In this document: positions 10,321 to 20,426 of the stretch, piece by piece
Layout: the number at the start of each line of letters is the position of its first letter
How positions within the stretch are numbered: position 1 is the first letter of the stretch
NCBI GenBank assembly: GCA_018268955.1
Contig: JAFDVO010000035.1
Span: 27,427-91,426 of the forward strand
Length of the DNA stretch: 64,000 nucleotides
Direction of reading: 5' to 3'
From: Acidobacteriota bacterium
Lineage (GTDB): Bacteria > Acidobacteriota > Vicinamibacteria > Vicinamibacterales > CAVVIG01
The notes under the pieces: generated by a model
What the model saw: only the letters and a program-made list of their open reading frames with translations
What the model was told of the DNA's origin: nothing
The model's database searches: none
Position numbers and translations under genes: made by a program

Positions 10321-12279
10321 ATGAGCGACCCGCGCACAGCCGAGTTCAGCGACCTGCTCCGAGAAGACCGTACCTTCCCGCCGCCGGACAGCTTCCGCGC
10401 GAACGCCCATGTCCGCGACGAGCGCATCTACGCGGAGGCCGAGCGCGACCCGGAGGCGTTCTGGGCGCAGTTCGCCAGCGAACTCGAATGGTCCACCCCG
10501 TGGACGCAGGTGCTCGACTGGCGACCACCGCACGCGAAGTGGTTCGTCGGCGGAACGCTGAACGCCAGTGTCAACTGCGTCGATCGGCATGCACGCAGCC
10601 ACCGCCGGAACAAGGCTGCGATCATCTGGGAAGGAGAGCCGGGTGACCGCCGTACGCTGACCTACTGGGACCTCTACCGGGAGGTGCAGCAGTTCGCGAA
10701 CGTCCTGAAGAAGCTGGGCGTCAGCCGTGGCGACCGCGTGGCCCTGTACCTGCCGCTCATCCCCGAACTCGCGATCGCGATGCTGGCGTGCGCGCGCATC
10801 GGCGCCGTGCACAGCGTGGTGTTCGGCGGCTTCAGCTCGGAGTCGCTGCGTGATCGCATCAACGACGCGCAGGCGAAGTTGCTGGTCACGGCTGACGGCG
10901 GCTATCGGCGCGGCCAGATCGTGCCGTTGAAGCAGATGGCGGACGAAGCGCTGCAGGACACCCCCTCAATCCGGAACGTCATCATCGTCCAGCGTGGCGA
11001 CCGCTCGATGCCGGTCCACGTGCAGGAGGGGCGCGACCACTGGTACCACCGCCTGATGCAGGACGCCTCGCCCGTGTGCGCACCGGAGGCGATGGACGCG
11101 GAGGACATGCTGTACATCCTCTACACGTCCGGCACCACCGGAAAACCCAAGGGGATCGTCCATACGACGGGCGGCTACCTCACCGGCACGTATGCGACGA
11201 CGAAGCTGGTCTTCGACATGAAGGACGAGGACGTCTACTGGTGCACGGCCGACATCGGCTGGGTGACCGGTCACAGCTACGTCGTGTACGGCCCGCTGGC
11301 GAACGGCGCGACGGTGCTGATGTACGAAGGCGCACCGGACTGGCCGCAGAAGGACCGCTTCTGGTCGATGATCGAGAAGTACGGCGTCACGATCTTCTAC
11401 ACGGCGCCAACGGCAATCCGCGCCTTCATGCGCTGGGGAGTCGACTGGCCCGCGAAGCACGACCTCTCCACGCTTCGGCTCATCGGATCCGTTGGTGAAC
11501 CCATCAACCCGGAGGCGTGGGTCTGGTACTACCGCTACATCGGTGGCGAGCGTTGCCCGGTGGTGGACACCTGGTGGCAGACCGAAACCGGCGCGATCAT
11601 GATTTCGCCCCTGCCCGGCATCACGACGACCAGGCCGGGCTCGGCCTCCCGCCCGTTCCCCGGCATCAAGGCGGAGATCAAGAACGAGCGGGGTGAGACA
11701 GTGCCCTCCGGCGGCGGACTGCTCGCGATCACGCGGCCGTGGCCCGCGATGCTGCGCGGCATCTATGGCGATCCGGAGCGCTATGTGCGGCAGTACTGGA
11801 ACCGCTGGGGGCATGACGTCTACGTCACCGGCGACGGCGCGAAGCTCGACGCCGACGGCAACTTCTGGCTGCTCGGTCGGGTGGACGACGTGCTGAACGT
11901 GGCGGGGCACCGCATCGGCACGATGGAGGTTGAAAGCGCGCTCGTCGATCACCCGAGCGTGGCGGAAGCGGCCGTCGTCGGCAAGCCGCACGAGATCAAG
12001 GGGCAGGCGATTGCGGCGTTCGTCACGCTGAAGGAGGGGATCTTCGGTACGAAGGCGCACGTCGACGAATTGCGCGAGCACGTCGCCCGCAAGATCGGCG
12101 CGATTGCCAAGCCGGACGACATTATCTTCACCGCGGACCTGCCGAAGACCCGCTCAGGCAAGATCATGCGGCGCCTGCTGCGCGACATCGCCGAGGGCAA
12201 GGCGATCGGCGACACCACGACACTGGCCGACGCGTCAGTGATGGCGAAGCTGAAGACGCAGTACGAAAACGAAACCTAG
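10321..12279 (+). CDS. acs: acetyl-CoA synthetase
   Basis: 652 aa with [14 protein letters not shown]-binding motif, WWQTETG, and a C-terminal [11 protein letters not shown]. Confidence 0.9.
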   Translation: MSDPRTAEFSDLLREDRTFPPPDSFRANAHVRDERIYAEAERDPEAFWAQFASELEWSTPWTQVLDWRPPHAKWFVGGTLNASVNCVDRHARSHRRNKAAIIWEGEPGDRRTLTYWDLYREVQQFANVLKKLGVSRGDRVALYLPLIPELAIAMLACARIGAVHSVVFGGFSSESLRDRINDAQAKLLVTADGGYRRGQIVPLKQMADEALQDTPSIRNVIIVQRGDRSMPVHVQEGRDHWYHRLMQDASPVCAPEAMDAEDMLYILYTSGTTGKPKGIVHTTGGYLTGTYATTKLVFDMKDEDVYWCTADIGWVTGHSYVVYGPLANGATVLMYEGAPDWPQKDRFWSMIEKYGVTIFYTAPTAIRAFMRWGVDWPAKHDLSTLRLIGSVGEPINPEAWVWYYRYIGGERCPVVDTWWQTETGAIMISPLPGITTTRPGSASRPFPGIKAEIKNERGETVPSGGGLLAITRPWPAMLRGIYGDPERYVRQYWNRWGHDVYVTGDGAKLDADGNFWLLGRVDDVLNVAGHRIGTMEVESALVDHPSVAEAAVVGKPHEIKGQAIAAFVTLKEGIFGTKAHVDELREHVARKIGAIAKPDDIIFTADLPKTRSGKIMRRLLRDIAEGKAIGDTTTLADASVMAKLKTQYENET

Positions 12280-12281
12280 GG

Positions 12282-12351
12282 GAACTCAGAACTCAGAATT
12301 CAGAGTTCAGAATGAATCACTTCTGACTTCAGAATTCCGAGTTCTGAGTTC
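12282..12351. terminator. long inverted word-repeat hairpin between convergent acs and SNF2 genes
   Basis: GAACTCAGAACTC at 12282 is the exact reverse complement of GAGTTCTGAGTTC ending at 12351. The arms extend imperfectly to about 31 bp. Built from the heptamers CTCAGAA/TTCAGAA. Confidence 0.5.
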
Positions 12352-15300
12352 TATGAGAGTAGCAGCTCGAGGTCTTCGCGCTTGAGGCTGCGGACGACGC
12401 TGTTGTCGGCGGTGATGATGGCGTCGGCGAGTTCCTTCTTCCGGGCCTGCAGCTCCAGGACCCGTTCCTCCACCGTGTCCTTCGCAATCAGCCGGTAGGC
12501 GAACACGTGCTTCGTCTGGCCGATGCGGTGCGTGCGGTCGACCGCCTGCGCCTCCGCGGCCGGGTTCCACCACGGGTCCAGGATGAAGACGTAGTCGGCG
12601 GCCGTGAGGTTGAGCCCCACGCCGCCAGCCTTGAGGCTGATCAGGAACAGGCGGCAGTCCGGGTCGGTCTGGAAGTGATGGACCCGCCCCTCGCGATCCT
12701 TTGTCTTACCATCAAGGTACTCGTAGCTCACCCCGTCCTCGTCCAGCCGGTCGCGCAGCAGCGACAGGAAGCTGGTGAACTGCGAGAACACGAGCGCCTT
12801 GTGCCCTTCGTCGATCGCCTCGAGCAGCCGCGGCACGAGTATGTCGAGTTTGGCCGACGGAACATCGACGCGCTTGGGGTCGACCAGCCCGGGATGACAC
12901 GCCGCCTGACGAAGGCGGAGCAGCGCCTCGAGGACCTGTAGCTTCGACCGCTGCCAGTTCGACGCACGGCCGAGGAGCGTGCGGCGATAGTGGTCGCGGA
13001 GTTCGTTGTAGAGGCTGCGCTGCTGGCGCTCGAGGTCGCACACGAGCGTCTGTTCCACCTTGGGCGGCAGTTCGGTCGCGACCTGCTCCTTCGTGCGGCG
13101 CAGGATGAACGGACGCAGGGCCTGGCCGAGGAGCCGCAGTTCGTCGCTCTCTGCATCGTTCGCGAACGACCGCCCGAACGCCGTGGCTCCGCTGAGGAGA
13201 CCTGGGTTCAGGAACTCGAAGATGCTCCAGAGATCCGCGATGCGGTTCTCGACCGGCGTGCCGCTCAGCGCCAGGCGATGGCGCCCGCGCAGCAGCCGTG
13301 CGGCCTTCGCGGCGGCCGTGTTCGCGTTCTTGATCGTCTGCGCCTCGTCGAGCACCACGTAGTCGAACTCCACGTCCGCGAGGGCAGCGGCGTCGCGGCG
13401 TAGTGTGCCGTAGGTGCTGAGGACGACATCGCTCTCGGCGATGCGCGAGTGCTGTTCGGCGCGGCCGGCGCCAGAGAAGTCCAGCACCCGCAGCTTCGGC
13501 GCGAAGCGCGCCGCTTCCTGCTGCCAGTTGAACAGCACGGATCGCGGGACGACCACGAGCGACGGTTGCTGCGGGAGCCCGTCGCGTTCCCGCTCCGCGC
13601 GGCGTGCGTCGAGCAGGGCGAGCACCACGACCGTCTTGCCGAGGCCCATGTCGTCGGCGAGGCACCCGCCGAAGTCGAAGTCGCGCAGGAATCGCATCCA
13701 GCCGAGCGCCTCGCGCTGGTACTTGCGAAGCGTGCCAGTGAAGGTGGCCGGCGGATCGAGCGGCGCGATCGTGGTGACGGCGCGCAGGCGCTCACGCACA
13801 GCTGCGGCCTTCTCATCCCACGACACGGCGGGTCGCGACGCCAGCAGCGCATCGAGGATGGCGACCTGGCTCCGCGTGAAGCGGACGTGATCGTCCTCGG
13901 TCTTTCCGAGCGCGAGCGGGGCGAACTGGCGGACCCAGTCTTCCGGCAGGAGGCCGTAGCTGCCGTCACCGAGCAGCACGGTGCTGCTGCGTTTCTGGAT
14001 GGCCTCGAGCAGGCGCGGCAGTGCCACCGACTCGCCGCCGAAGGTCGCATCCCCCCGGAGTTCGAACCAGTCCAGCCCGGAGCGAACCGCGAGTTCCGGG
14101 ATCGACCCGGCGAGGCGGTACCGCCTGCCGTCGGCCTCCACCTGCCATCCCTCGTCGATCAGCGTTCGCACCACGCGTGGAACGTCGGCAGCGGAGACGA
14201 CGACGCGCTGGCGGCGCTCCCAGTGATCGACCGTCCGCTTGGCGCCGACCGAGTACAACCGGTCGACCGCTCGTCGCTCTGTCTCGACCGCACGTTTGGC
14301 GACCACCTGCGGCGTGGCGGTCGCCACGAGCGGCGTGCGTGCATGTGGCTGGAGCGGCCCGCCTGCGTAGGAGAAGCGGACCTCCGCGTCGAGCGCACGG
14401 GCGTCGGGTTGGGGTGCGCGCAGCGTGAGGTGCGGCACCGGGTCCACCTCGACGACCGTCGTCCGAAGTTCATCGGGAACGTCGGCGTCGTCGGCAGCGC
14501 CCGACGCGAGCAGCGCTTCACGGAGCGCGTCGCGTTCGCCGACGGGAATCCGCAGTGGTCCGTTGTCCCGGACCTGCAGCGCCCACGCGAGCGCGCCGGT
14601 CTGCGCGAGCGCGATGACGCGGGTGCCGGCGAGGGCGATGCCTTCCGCGGGGCGCAGGACCGAGATGTCCGCGAGGGGAAGCGACGATTCACCGCGTTCG
14701 AGGTTCACGCCGACGATGTAGTGGGTGCCCTTCGGATCGCGCGAGATGTGGAGGCGTGCGTGGAAGGGGGTGTCGGCGTCCCAGGTCACGTGTCGGCTGC
14801 TCTGGTCCTCGCCCTGCGTTGCGGGGACGTCTGCGAAGTCCACGAAGCAGCGGTTCGTGCCGCAGATCAGCGGGAGGATATCCCTGGTCGTGACGCCTTT
14901 CAGTTGGAAGACCGCATTCACCTGCCAGCCCCAGCCCGGGAATGACGCGGCTCCGTGCAGGCGACCGAGGATGAGCCGGTCGCTGTCGTCCATCATCGAC
15001 TCGCGGGTGCTGCCGGTGTTGGCGGTCCGCATCACGCCCCACTCGCCGTTCTGCTTGAGCGGCTGGGTCATCACGGTGATGACGATGGTCTGCGTGCGCT
15101 GTGCGGTGGTCGGGTCGAGGATGTACAGCAGGCGGCCCTTTGATGGTCGCTCGTCCTCTGCGGTGGCCTGCGCGCGCGAGGCGATGTCGGCGAGCGCCTT
15201 GCGCCATCCGGCGTCGCGCGCTCCGCCGCGTGTGCTGGCGGCGCTTCCGCGGGGGACGACGAACTCCGGGTCATCGTGGGCCCACTCGTCTGGCAGTTCC

Positions 15301-15632
15301 TCGCCGAGGTTCGATGGGAGGAAGCGAACAGACGTCGGACGAATCGTGTCCGGCAACTGCAGGAGGTTCTTGCGGTCGCACTCGAGGACCACGGCCCAGA
15401 GGTGCTTGCAGAGCTCGAGGTGATCGGCGAAGTACGGGCAGCTACACGACCCCCGCACGTCGCGGCCGGCCAGGTCCAGCCGGACGACGTAGTCGTCTCC
15501 CCCGCGGACGACGGCGTACACGAATGTGGGGGCCGGGTCGAAGTGGACGATCGCGCCGGAGCGGGCGTAGTCGGCGCCGCGCGCGCGGGTCCCTGGGTTT
15601 GCGAGCGGGGCCAGGGCGCTGGAGAGCTGCAT
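12351..15632 (-). CDS. SWIM zinc-finger / SNF2-family DEAD-like helicase
   Basis: 1093 aa. N-terminal SWIM CSCPYFADHLELCKH. VVLDEAQTIKN (DEAQ box). LALSGTPVENR. Helicase-C motif QAVDRTHRIGQ. Confidence 0.85.
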   Translation of the reverse strand: MQLSSALAPLANPGTRARGADYARSGAIVHFDPAPTFVYAVVRGGDDYVVRLDLAGRDVRGSCSCPYFADHLELCKHLWAVVLECDRKNLLQLPDTIRPTSVRFLPSNLGEELPDEWAHDDPEFVVPRGSAASTRGGARDAGWRKALADIASRAQATAEDERPSKGRLLYILDPTTAQRTQTIVITVMTQPLKQNGEWGVMRTANTGSTRESMMDDSDRLILGRLHGAASFPGWGWQVNAVFQLKGVTTRDILPLICGTNRCFVDFADVPATQGEDQSSRHVTWDADTPFHARLHISRDPKGTHYIVGVNLERGESSLPLADISVLRPAEGIALAGTRVIALAQTGALAWALQVRDNGPLRIPVGERDALREALLASGAADDADVPDELRTTVVEVDPVPHLTLRAPQPDARALDAEVRFSYAGGPLQPHARTPLVATATPQVVAKRAVETERRAVDRLYSVGAKRTVDHWERRQRVVVSAADVPRVVRTLIDEGWQVEADGRRYRLAGSIPELAVRSGLDWFELRGDATFGGESVALPRLLEAIQKRSSTVLLGDGSYGLLPEDWVRQFAPLALGKTEDDHVRFTRSQVAILDALLASRPAVSWDEKAAAVRERLRAVTTIAPLDPPATFTGTLRKYQREALGWMRFLRDFDFGGCLADDMGLGKTVVVLALLDARRAERERDGLPQQPSLVVVPRSVLFNWQQEAARFAPKLRVLDFSGAGRAEQHSRIAESDVVLSTYGTLRRDAAALADVEFDYVVLDEAQTIKNANTAAAKAARLLRGRHRLALSGTPVENRIADLWSIFEFLNPGLLSGATAFGRSFANDAESDELRLLGQALRPFILRRTKEQVATELPPKVEQTLVCDLERQQRSLYNELRDHYRRTLLGRASNWQRSKLQVLEALLRLRQAACHPGLVDPKRVDVPSAKLDILVPRLLEAIDEGHKALVFSQFTSFLSLLRDRLDEDGVSYEYLDGKTKDREGRVHHFQTDPDCRLFLISLKAGGVGLNLTAADYVFILDPWWNPAAEAQAVDRTHRIGQTKHVFAYRLIAKDTVEERVLELQARKKELADAIITADNSVVRSLKREDLELLLS

Positions 15633-15895
15633 CGAACTTCAAATCATGATGGGAACGGGCCGCCGTGGCAAGTTCCCGGGCTGCACGGTGCCGAGGCCGA
15701 CGCGTTTCGGTCCATTGGCGAACGCCCCACGCGCGATTGAGCTGGATGATCGACCGTGTCGGAGTTTGTCCGACACGCTTTCACACTTGCTGCTCAAATT
15801 CATTCGATCAGCGCTGGGCATAGTGACCAGACCTGTCACGACCGTAGTAGAACATTGAGCATCTCAACAGAACGTCTACGGCAGGAGTCTTTCCG

Positions 15896-18511
15896 GTGGC
15901 TATCGACTTTGATTCAGCATTCGAAGCGCTGACGTCTCACCCGCCGCTACCTTGGCAGGCCGCGCTGTTTCAGGAGTTTCGGGCCGGGCGCTTTCCGCGC
16001 GCCATCGATATCCCGACCGGACTTGGGAAGACCTCCATTGTGGCGATCTGGCTCTTGGCGGTAGCCGCTGCTGCCGGAGAGGAGGGACTGGTACGCACGC
16101 CTCGGCGTTTGGTGTATGTCGTCAACCGCCGCACCGTCGTTGACCAGACAACTACTGAATTGGAGCGAATTCGCGAGTCGCTCCTAAATAGCGCCGCACT
16201 GGTCGGGATTCGCGAGGCGCTAATGCGAATGGGCGGCCCCCGCGAGGGTGCATTTGCCCTCAGCACGCTGCGCGGAGCCTTTGCTGACAATGCCGAATGG
16301 CGCCAGGATCCTTCCGCTCCAGCGGTCATATGCGGCACCGTCGACATGATTGGCAGTCGGCTGCTGTTTGGCGGATACGGTTGCGGGTTTAAGTCGCGGC
16401 CGCTGCACGCTGGCCTGCTCGGCCAGGACGCGCTGCTTGTTCACGACGAGGCTCACCTTGAACCAGCCTTCCAGGTCCTTGTCGAGGCGATCGCCTCCCA
16501 GCAACAGAACGACGGCGATGCTCGGCCGCTGAAGGTGACGGCGATGACCGCGTCGACGCGCGATGCCTCCGGTGTGTTCGGCCTGACCGAGGCAGATCAG
16601 CGGCACCCTCTGGTTCAAAGCCGCACGAGGGCAGCGAAGAAACTCCGGCTCCATTCCGTGTCTGAAACCAATGAGTTACCGGACACGATCGCCGCTCTGG
16701 CAGGCGGTATGAGGCAGAGCAACGGCGCGATCCTGGTGTTCCTGCGCCGGGTCGACCAGCTCGAGAAGGTGGCCGCGGCACTGGAGAAGTCCGGTTGCCA
16801 CATCCAGATGTTGACTGGAACGAAGCGAGGGCTGGAACGCGAACGATTGATGCTTTCGGACCCGGTGTTCGCGCGGTTCATCGACGTGCCCGGCGTTCCA
16901 CCAGCAGCAGGGACTGTCTACCTGCTTTGCACCGCCGCAGGTGAGGTCGGGGTGAACATGTCTGCTGACCACATGGTTGGCGACTTGACGCCCTTCGATA
17001 GCCTCTTGCAACGGCTCGGCCGCGTGAACCGTTTCGGCGCCGGAGACGCCGACGTGGAACTCGTGTTCGCGTCTGGCGACGCCGATTCGGCGTTTGACGC
17101 GGCTGTGGGTCGTACCCTCAACGTGATCCGCAACCTTCCGATGATGAAGGGCGGCCTTCTCGACGCGAGCCCTTCAGCGCTGGCCTCAATTCCGCTGCAT
17201 GAACGACTCAGCGCGTATACGCCGGCGCCAGCAATTCTTGTTGTGTCAGACATCCTGTTCGACGCTTGGTCGTCGACCACCGTGCGCGAGTACGGAGCGG
17301 CGCGCCCGCCCGTCGGTCCCTGGCTACACGGCGTCTCGCCGGTGGAACCGCCTGGGACGGCGGTCTGCTGGCGTGAGGAGGTCGAGCTGATTCGTGGGCC
17401 GGAGTTGCTTGCGGCATATCCACCTGAGGAGTTGCTGGAGGACTATCCGATAAAGGCGTTTGAGACGCTGTCGGACCGCTCAGATCGCGTCATCAAGCAC
17501 CTGCAGGCGTTGGCGGTGCGTCTGCCCGACGCGCCGGCATGGGTAATGTCGCTGAGCGGCTCGATACAAACCTTTAGCCTTCGGGAACTCACGGGGCTGA
17601 AAGACTTGCGGGACCGGCTCGCGGCAGCGACGGTGGTGTTGCCGCCCACCGTGGGAGGGCTTCGGTTCGGCCGCGACCAGCGGTCGCTGGGCACATTGGA
17701 CGGACGCGCAGAATTCCTGCCCGAGCGTCGGGCCGACTACGACGTTTCAGGCGAGTGGGTAGATGCTGCGGGATTGCCAAAGCGGGTCCGAACCTGGGAT
17801 GCGCAACCTTTACCTGGGATGCGGATGGTCCGGCAACTGACGTTCGCCTCCACCGACGAGAACGACGATGAGGCCAGGCGGTGGGCATGGTGGGTGCGCA
17901 GTGTGGCGGCCGACGACGATGGTTCGCGCACGGCCGCACGCGCCGTCAATCTAGATGCGCATTTGGCCCAGACGGAATCCACAGTGGTCAGGTTTTGCGA
18001 AGCTGCGGCCCTGCCGCCTCGCGAAGCCCACGTACTCCGCCTCGCAGCTCGCTGGCACGACCTCGGAAAGAACCGCGCCGTATGGCAGCGCTCGATCGGT
18101 AATCAGTCCTGGCCAGATACGGTGCTCGCGAAATCGGCGGCGCCGATGAGCGTTCCGCTCAGCCCGTATCGCCATGAGGTCGGCTCGCTCATCGACCTGA
18201 CGCGACTTGATGAGTTCACGGCGTTGGCCCCCGATGATCAAGAACTGTTGCTGCACATCGTGGCTGCGCACCACGGGCGCGCTCGACCGCACTTCACCGA
18301 CTGGGAATCAATGGACCCTGAGTCGGAAGACCATCTGGTTCGCGCGATCCTGAACGAAGTGCCGTTGCGGTTTGCGAAGCTCCAGCGTCGGTATGGTCGG
18401 TGGGGGCTCGCTTACCTGGAGTCGTTCCTCCGAGCCGCCGATGCTGCAGCATCGAGCGGCGCGGTGAACGGGACGAACGCGTCATTGAACCTCGAGGCTG
18501 GTGTGCCATGA
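15896..18511 (+). CDS. cas3: CRISPR-associated helicase/nuclease Cas3 with C-terminal HD domain (I-U/I-G type)
   Basis: 871 aa. Walker A PTGLGKTS. DEAH box LLVHDEAHLEP. C-terminal HD motifs ARWHDLGK and IVAAHHGRARP. GTG start preceded by AGGAG. Confidence 0.85.
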   Translation: MAIDFDSAFEALTSHPPLPWQAALFQEFRAGRFPRAIDIPTGLGKTSIVAIWLLAVAAAAGEEGLVRTPRRLVYVVNRRTVVDQTTTELERIRESLLNSAALVGIREALMRMGGPREGAFALSTLRGAFADNAEWRQDPSAPAVICGTVDMIGSRLLFGGYGCGFKSRPLHAGLLGQDALLVHDEAHLEPAFQVLVEAIASQQQNDGDARPLKVTAMTASTRDASGVFGLTEADQRHPLVQSRTRAAKKLRLHSVSETNELPDTIAALAGGMRQSNGAILVFLRRVDQLEKVAAALEKSGCHIQMLTGTKRGLERERLMLSDPVFARFIDVPGVPPAAGTVYLLCTAAGEVGVNMSADHMVGDLTPFDSLLQRLGRVNRFGAGDADVELVFASGDADSAFDAAVGRTLNVIRNLPMMKGGLLDASPSALASIPLHERLSAYTPAPAILVVSDILFDAWSSTTVREYGAARPPVGPWLHGVSPVEPPGTAVCWREEVELIRGPELLAAYPPEELLEDYPIKAFETLSDRSDRVIKHLQALAVRLPDAPAWVMSLSGSIQTFSLRELTGLKDLRDRLAAATVVLPPTVGGLRFGRDQRSLGTLDGRAEFLPERRADYDVSGEWVDAAGLPKRVRTWDAQPLPGMRMVRQLTFASTDENDDEARRWAWWVRSVAADDDGSRTAARAVNLDAHLAQTESTVVRFCEAAALPPREAHVLRLAARWHDLGKNRAVWQRSIGNQSWPDTVLAKSAAPMSVPLSPYRHEVGSLIDLTRLDEFTALAPDDQELLLHIVAAHHGRARPHFTDWESMDPESEDHLVRAILNEVPLRFAKLQRRYGRWGLAYLESFLRAADAAASSGAVNGTNASLNLEAGVP

Positions 18512-19323
18512 GTGGGGAATGTGGATTCCAGGTTGACGTGGACCCGAGAAGCCCCGGACAGTTCCTGGCGTGCTGTGGCCTCCTCGAGATTGCGGACCGG
18601 CTTTGGGGCGCCTCGGGTTGGTTCGAATCTGAATGCTTTCGTGTGACTACGAGCGGTTCTCTCGCCGAGACTCTCGGCGCACTGACACACCGGGACGCCG
18701 AACCCGATCGCGTCGTCCTCCCCGACGGGTGTGATGTCGAGGCGAAGGACCTGATATCGCCGTTGAGGATCACTCTTTCCAGTGCTCCGCCGCGTTCGAT
18801 CAGGCTCGACGCCTGGTTGAAGATCCAACCCGACCGGGGTGAGATCATCGCGGTCGGAAATCCACCGTGGAACTTCTGGTCGGGACAGCAAACATCGCTC
18901 GGCATCTGGAGAACCCTTGCACAGGCGTTGAAACAGCTGCCCCTCAGCAGCGTCGGAAGACAGCTCTTTTCAGTTCGGCTTCCGTTGTCGGGACGTTTCG
19001 GATTTGATCCTGGCGCTGCGTGGAACGCCCTCGACGTGGGGTTCTCGCCGAACGAACAGGCGATGGCGGTCGCGTCATCTCCTGCCATCGAGATGCTGGC
19101 CGCAGTCGGTGTTCAGCGATTTCGTCCGGATGTCGACGGCAACTTCGAGACCTTCAGGTATGCGACGTGGGGCGCGCCTCTTCCACCACAGGCGGCCTCG
19201 GTGGCATTTCGAAGTTCGTGGACGGGAACAGGCGGCCAACGGTTCGTCGGGCGGGTGGTGTCTCGAGGCAGCTACGCTGCGCTAGGACTTTCAACTCTTG
19301 AGAAAGGATTCGATCGTGGGTGA
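18508..19323 (+). CDS. Csb3-like protein occupying the large-subunit slot of the Csb (Dpsyc) effector module
   Basis: 271 aa. ATGA overlap with the cas3 stop. It sits between cas3 and csb1. The N-terminus PGQFLACCGLLEIADRLW is as I recall for Csb3, but the family assignment is unverified. Confidence 0.5.
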   Translation: MSGECGFQVDVDPRSPGQFLACCGLLEIADRLWGASGWFESECFRVTTSGSLAETLGALTHRDAEPDRVVLPDGCDVEAKDLISPLRITLSSAPPRSIRLDAWLKIQPDRGEIIAVGNPPWNFWSGQQTSLGIWRTLAQALKQLPLSSVGRQLFSVRLPLSGRFGFDPGAAWNALDVGFSPNEQAMAVASSPAIEMLAAVGVQRFRPDVDGNFETFRYATWGAPLPPQAASVAFRSSWTGTGGQRFVGRVVSRGSYAALGLSTLEKGFDRG

Positions 19324-20419
19324 TGCGTTGACTCAGTTTGATAACTGGCTCGATATCGGCGGGCCCGCCGCTCTCGTCTTACGGGAGCCCCTCATTCCTG
19401 TCGAGGGACGCGACGGCATCCTGTTTCCTGCGACATTTGCCGCAAGCGAGGACCGAACGTTCCGAGGCGGCTATAACATCGATCGTTTTGACGATGGGAC
19501 GAGCATTTGCCTGATCGACAGTGTTGGATCGCAGGCGAATCGCCTCGAGCCCCTCTTCGCGACTCCGCCTTATTCGAGCCTCATCCCTCAATTGGTGATT
19601 ACAGCCGGCGAGAAGAGGATCAGCATCCTCGAAGCCGGACATCGGGCGGGCGATGCACTCGTGCGTTCGTCTTCGCTACAAGAGGAGCTCCGTTCGGCAT
19701 TCAAGGCTGCCCAGCAGAACGACGCTCTGCCGCTTGCCAGGATCGCTCCTACGTCGCTGGTGTTCGGCGCATGGGATTCTCGAGATACTCAAGCGAAACT
19801 TCCCAGGCTGATCGCATCGACCATACGAGCTTTCAACGTGAAAGCGTTGACCCGTTCTGCGCAATACGTCCCCGCGACGGATTACGTGAAAGGAGGCATG
19901 CTCGAAGAACCTGCCGACGAGAAGACCCGGAAACTGCACGCCGAGCGTGGCTTCGCGCACGTCCCCTCAACTGCTGTCCCAGGTGGAATCATTGCGGAGT
20001 CGATACGGCGTGATGCGACCCTTCACCTTGGAGCCCTCCGGCTGCTGGCGGCCGACCCTGCAGACCAGACGATGGTGCTCAGGCGGTACGTGCTTGGCTT
20101 GTCTCTGGTTGCGCTGACGGCATCCGCCACAGGGTATCTGCGGCAAGGCTGCAACCTCGTGCCTGATCCCGACCAGCCATCAACATTGACGCTTGTCGGC
20201 TCGGACGGAGCTCGTCAGGCGGCGAACCTTACGCACTCCGCCGCGCTTGCCTTTGCTCGGGAGGCGGCCTCCGCATTCGGGCTCGACGTGGACCGCGCCA
20301 TCTCGTTCGGCACGGCTCCCGATCGCCAGGTGCCATTCGATAAGGCACTCGCGGCGCGCGACCTTGCCGGCGATGAATCAGGGGAAAGGAAGAGTAAGAA
20401 GAGCAAGAAGGCCAACTGA
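19316..20419 (+). CDS. Csb1 (Cas7-type RAMP backbone subunit, subtype I-U/I-G)
   Basis: GILFPATFAA and IDSVGSQANRLEPLF blocks match the Csb1 N-terminus. GTG at 19316 follows AAAGGA. An in-frame TTG at 19298 is an alternative start. Confidence 0.7.
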   Translation: MGDALTQFDNWLDIGGPAALVLREPLIPVEGRDGILFPATFAASEDRTFRGGYNIDRFDDGTSICLIDSVGSQANRLEPLFATPPYSSLIPQLVITAGEKRISILEAGHRAGDALVRSSSLQEELRSAFKAAQQNDALPLARIAPTSLVFGAWDSRDTQAKLPRLIASTIRAFNVKALTRSAQYVPATDYVKGGMLEEPADEKTRKLHAERGFAHVPSTAVPGGIIAESIRRDATLHLGALRLLAADPADQTMVLRRYVLGLSLVALTASATGYLRQGCNLVPDPDQPSTLTLVGSDGARQAANLTHSAALAFAREAASAFGLDVDRAISFGTAPDRQVPFDKALAARDLAGDESGERKSKKSKKAN

Positions 20420-20426
20420 GGTAGGC

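Noticed and set aside
18615-18635. GGTTCGAATCT, a tRNA T-loop-like string, which raised the question of a hidden tRNA.
   Set aside because: The flanking sequence does not form T-stem or acceptor-stem pairings, and it lies within the csb3-like coding region. I found no convincing tRNA, rRNA or tmRNA in the window.
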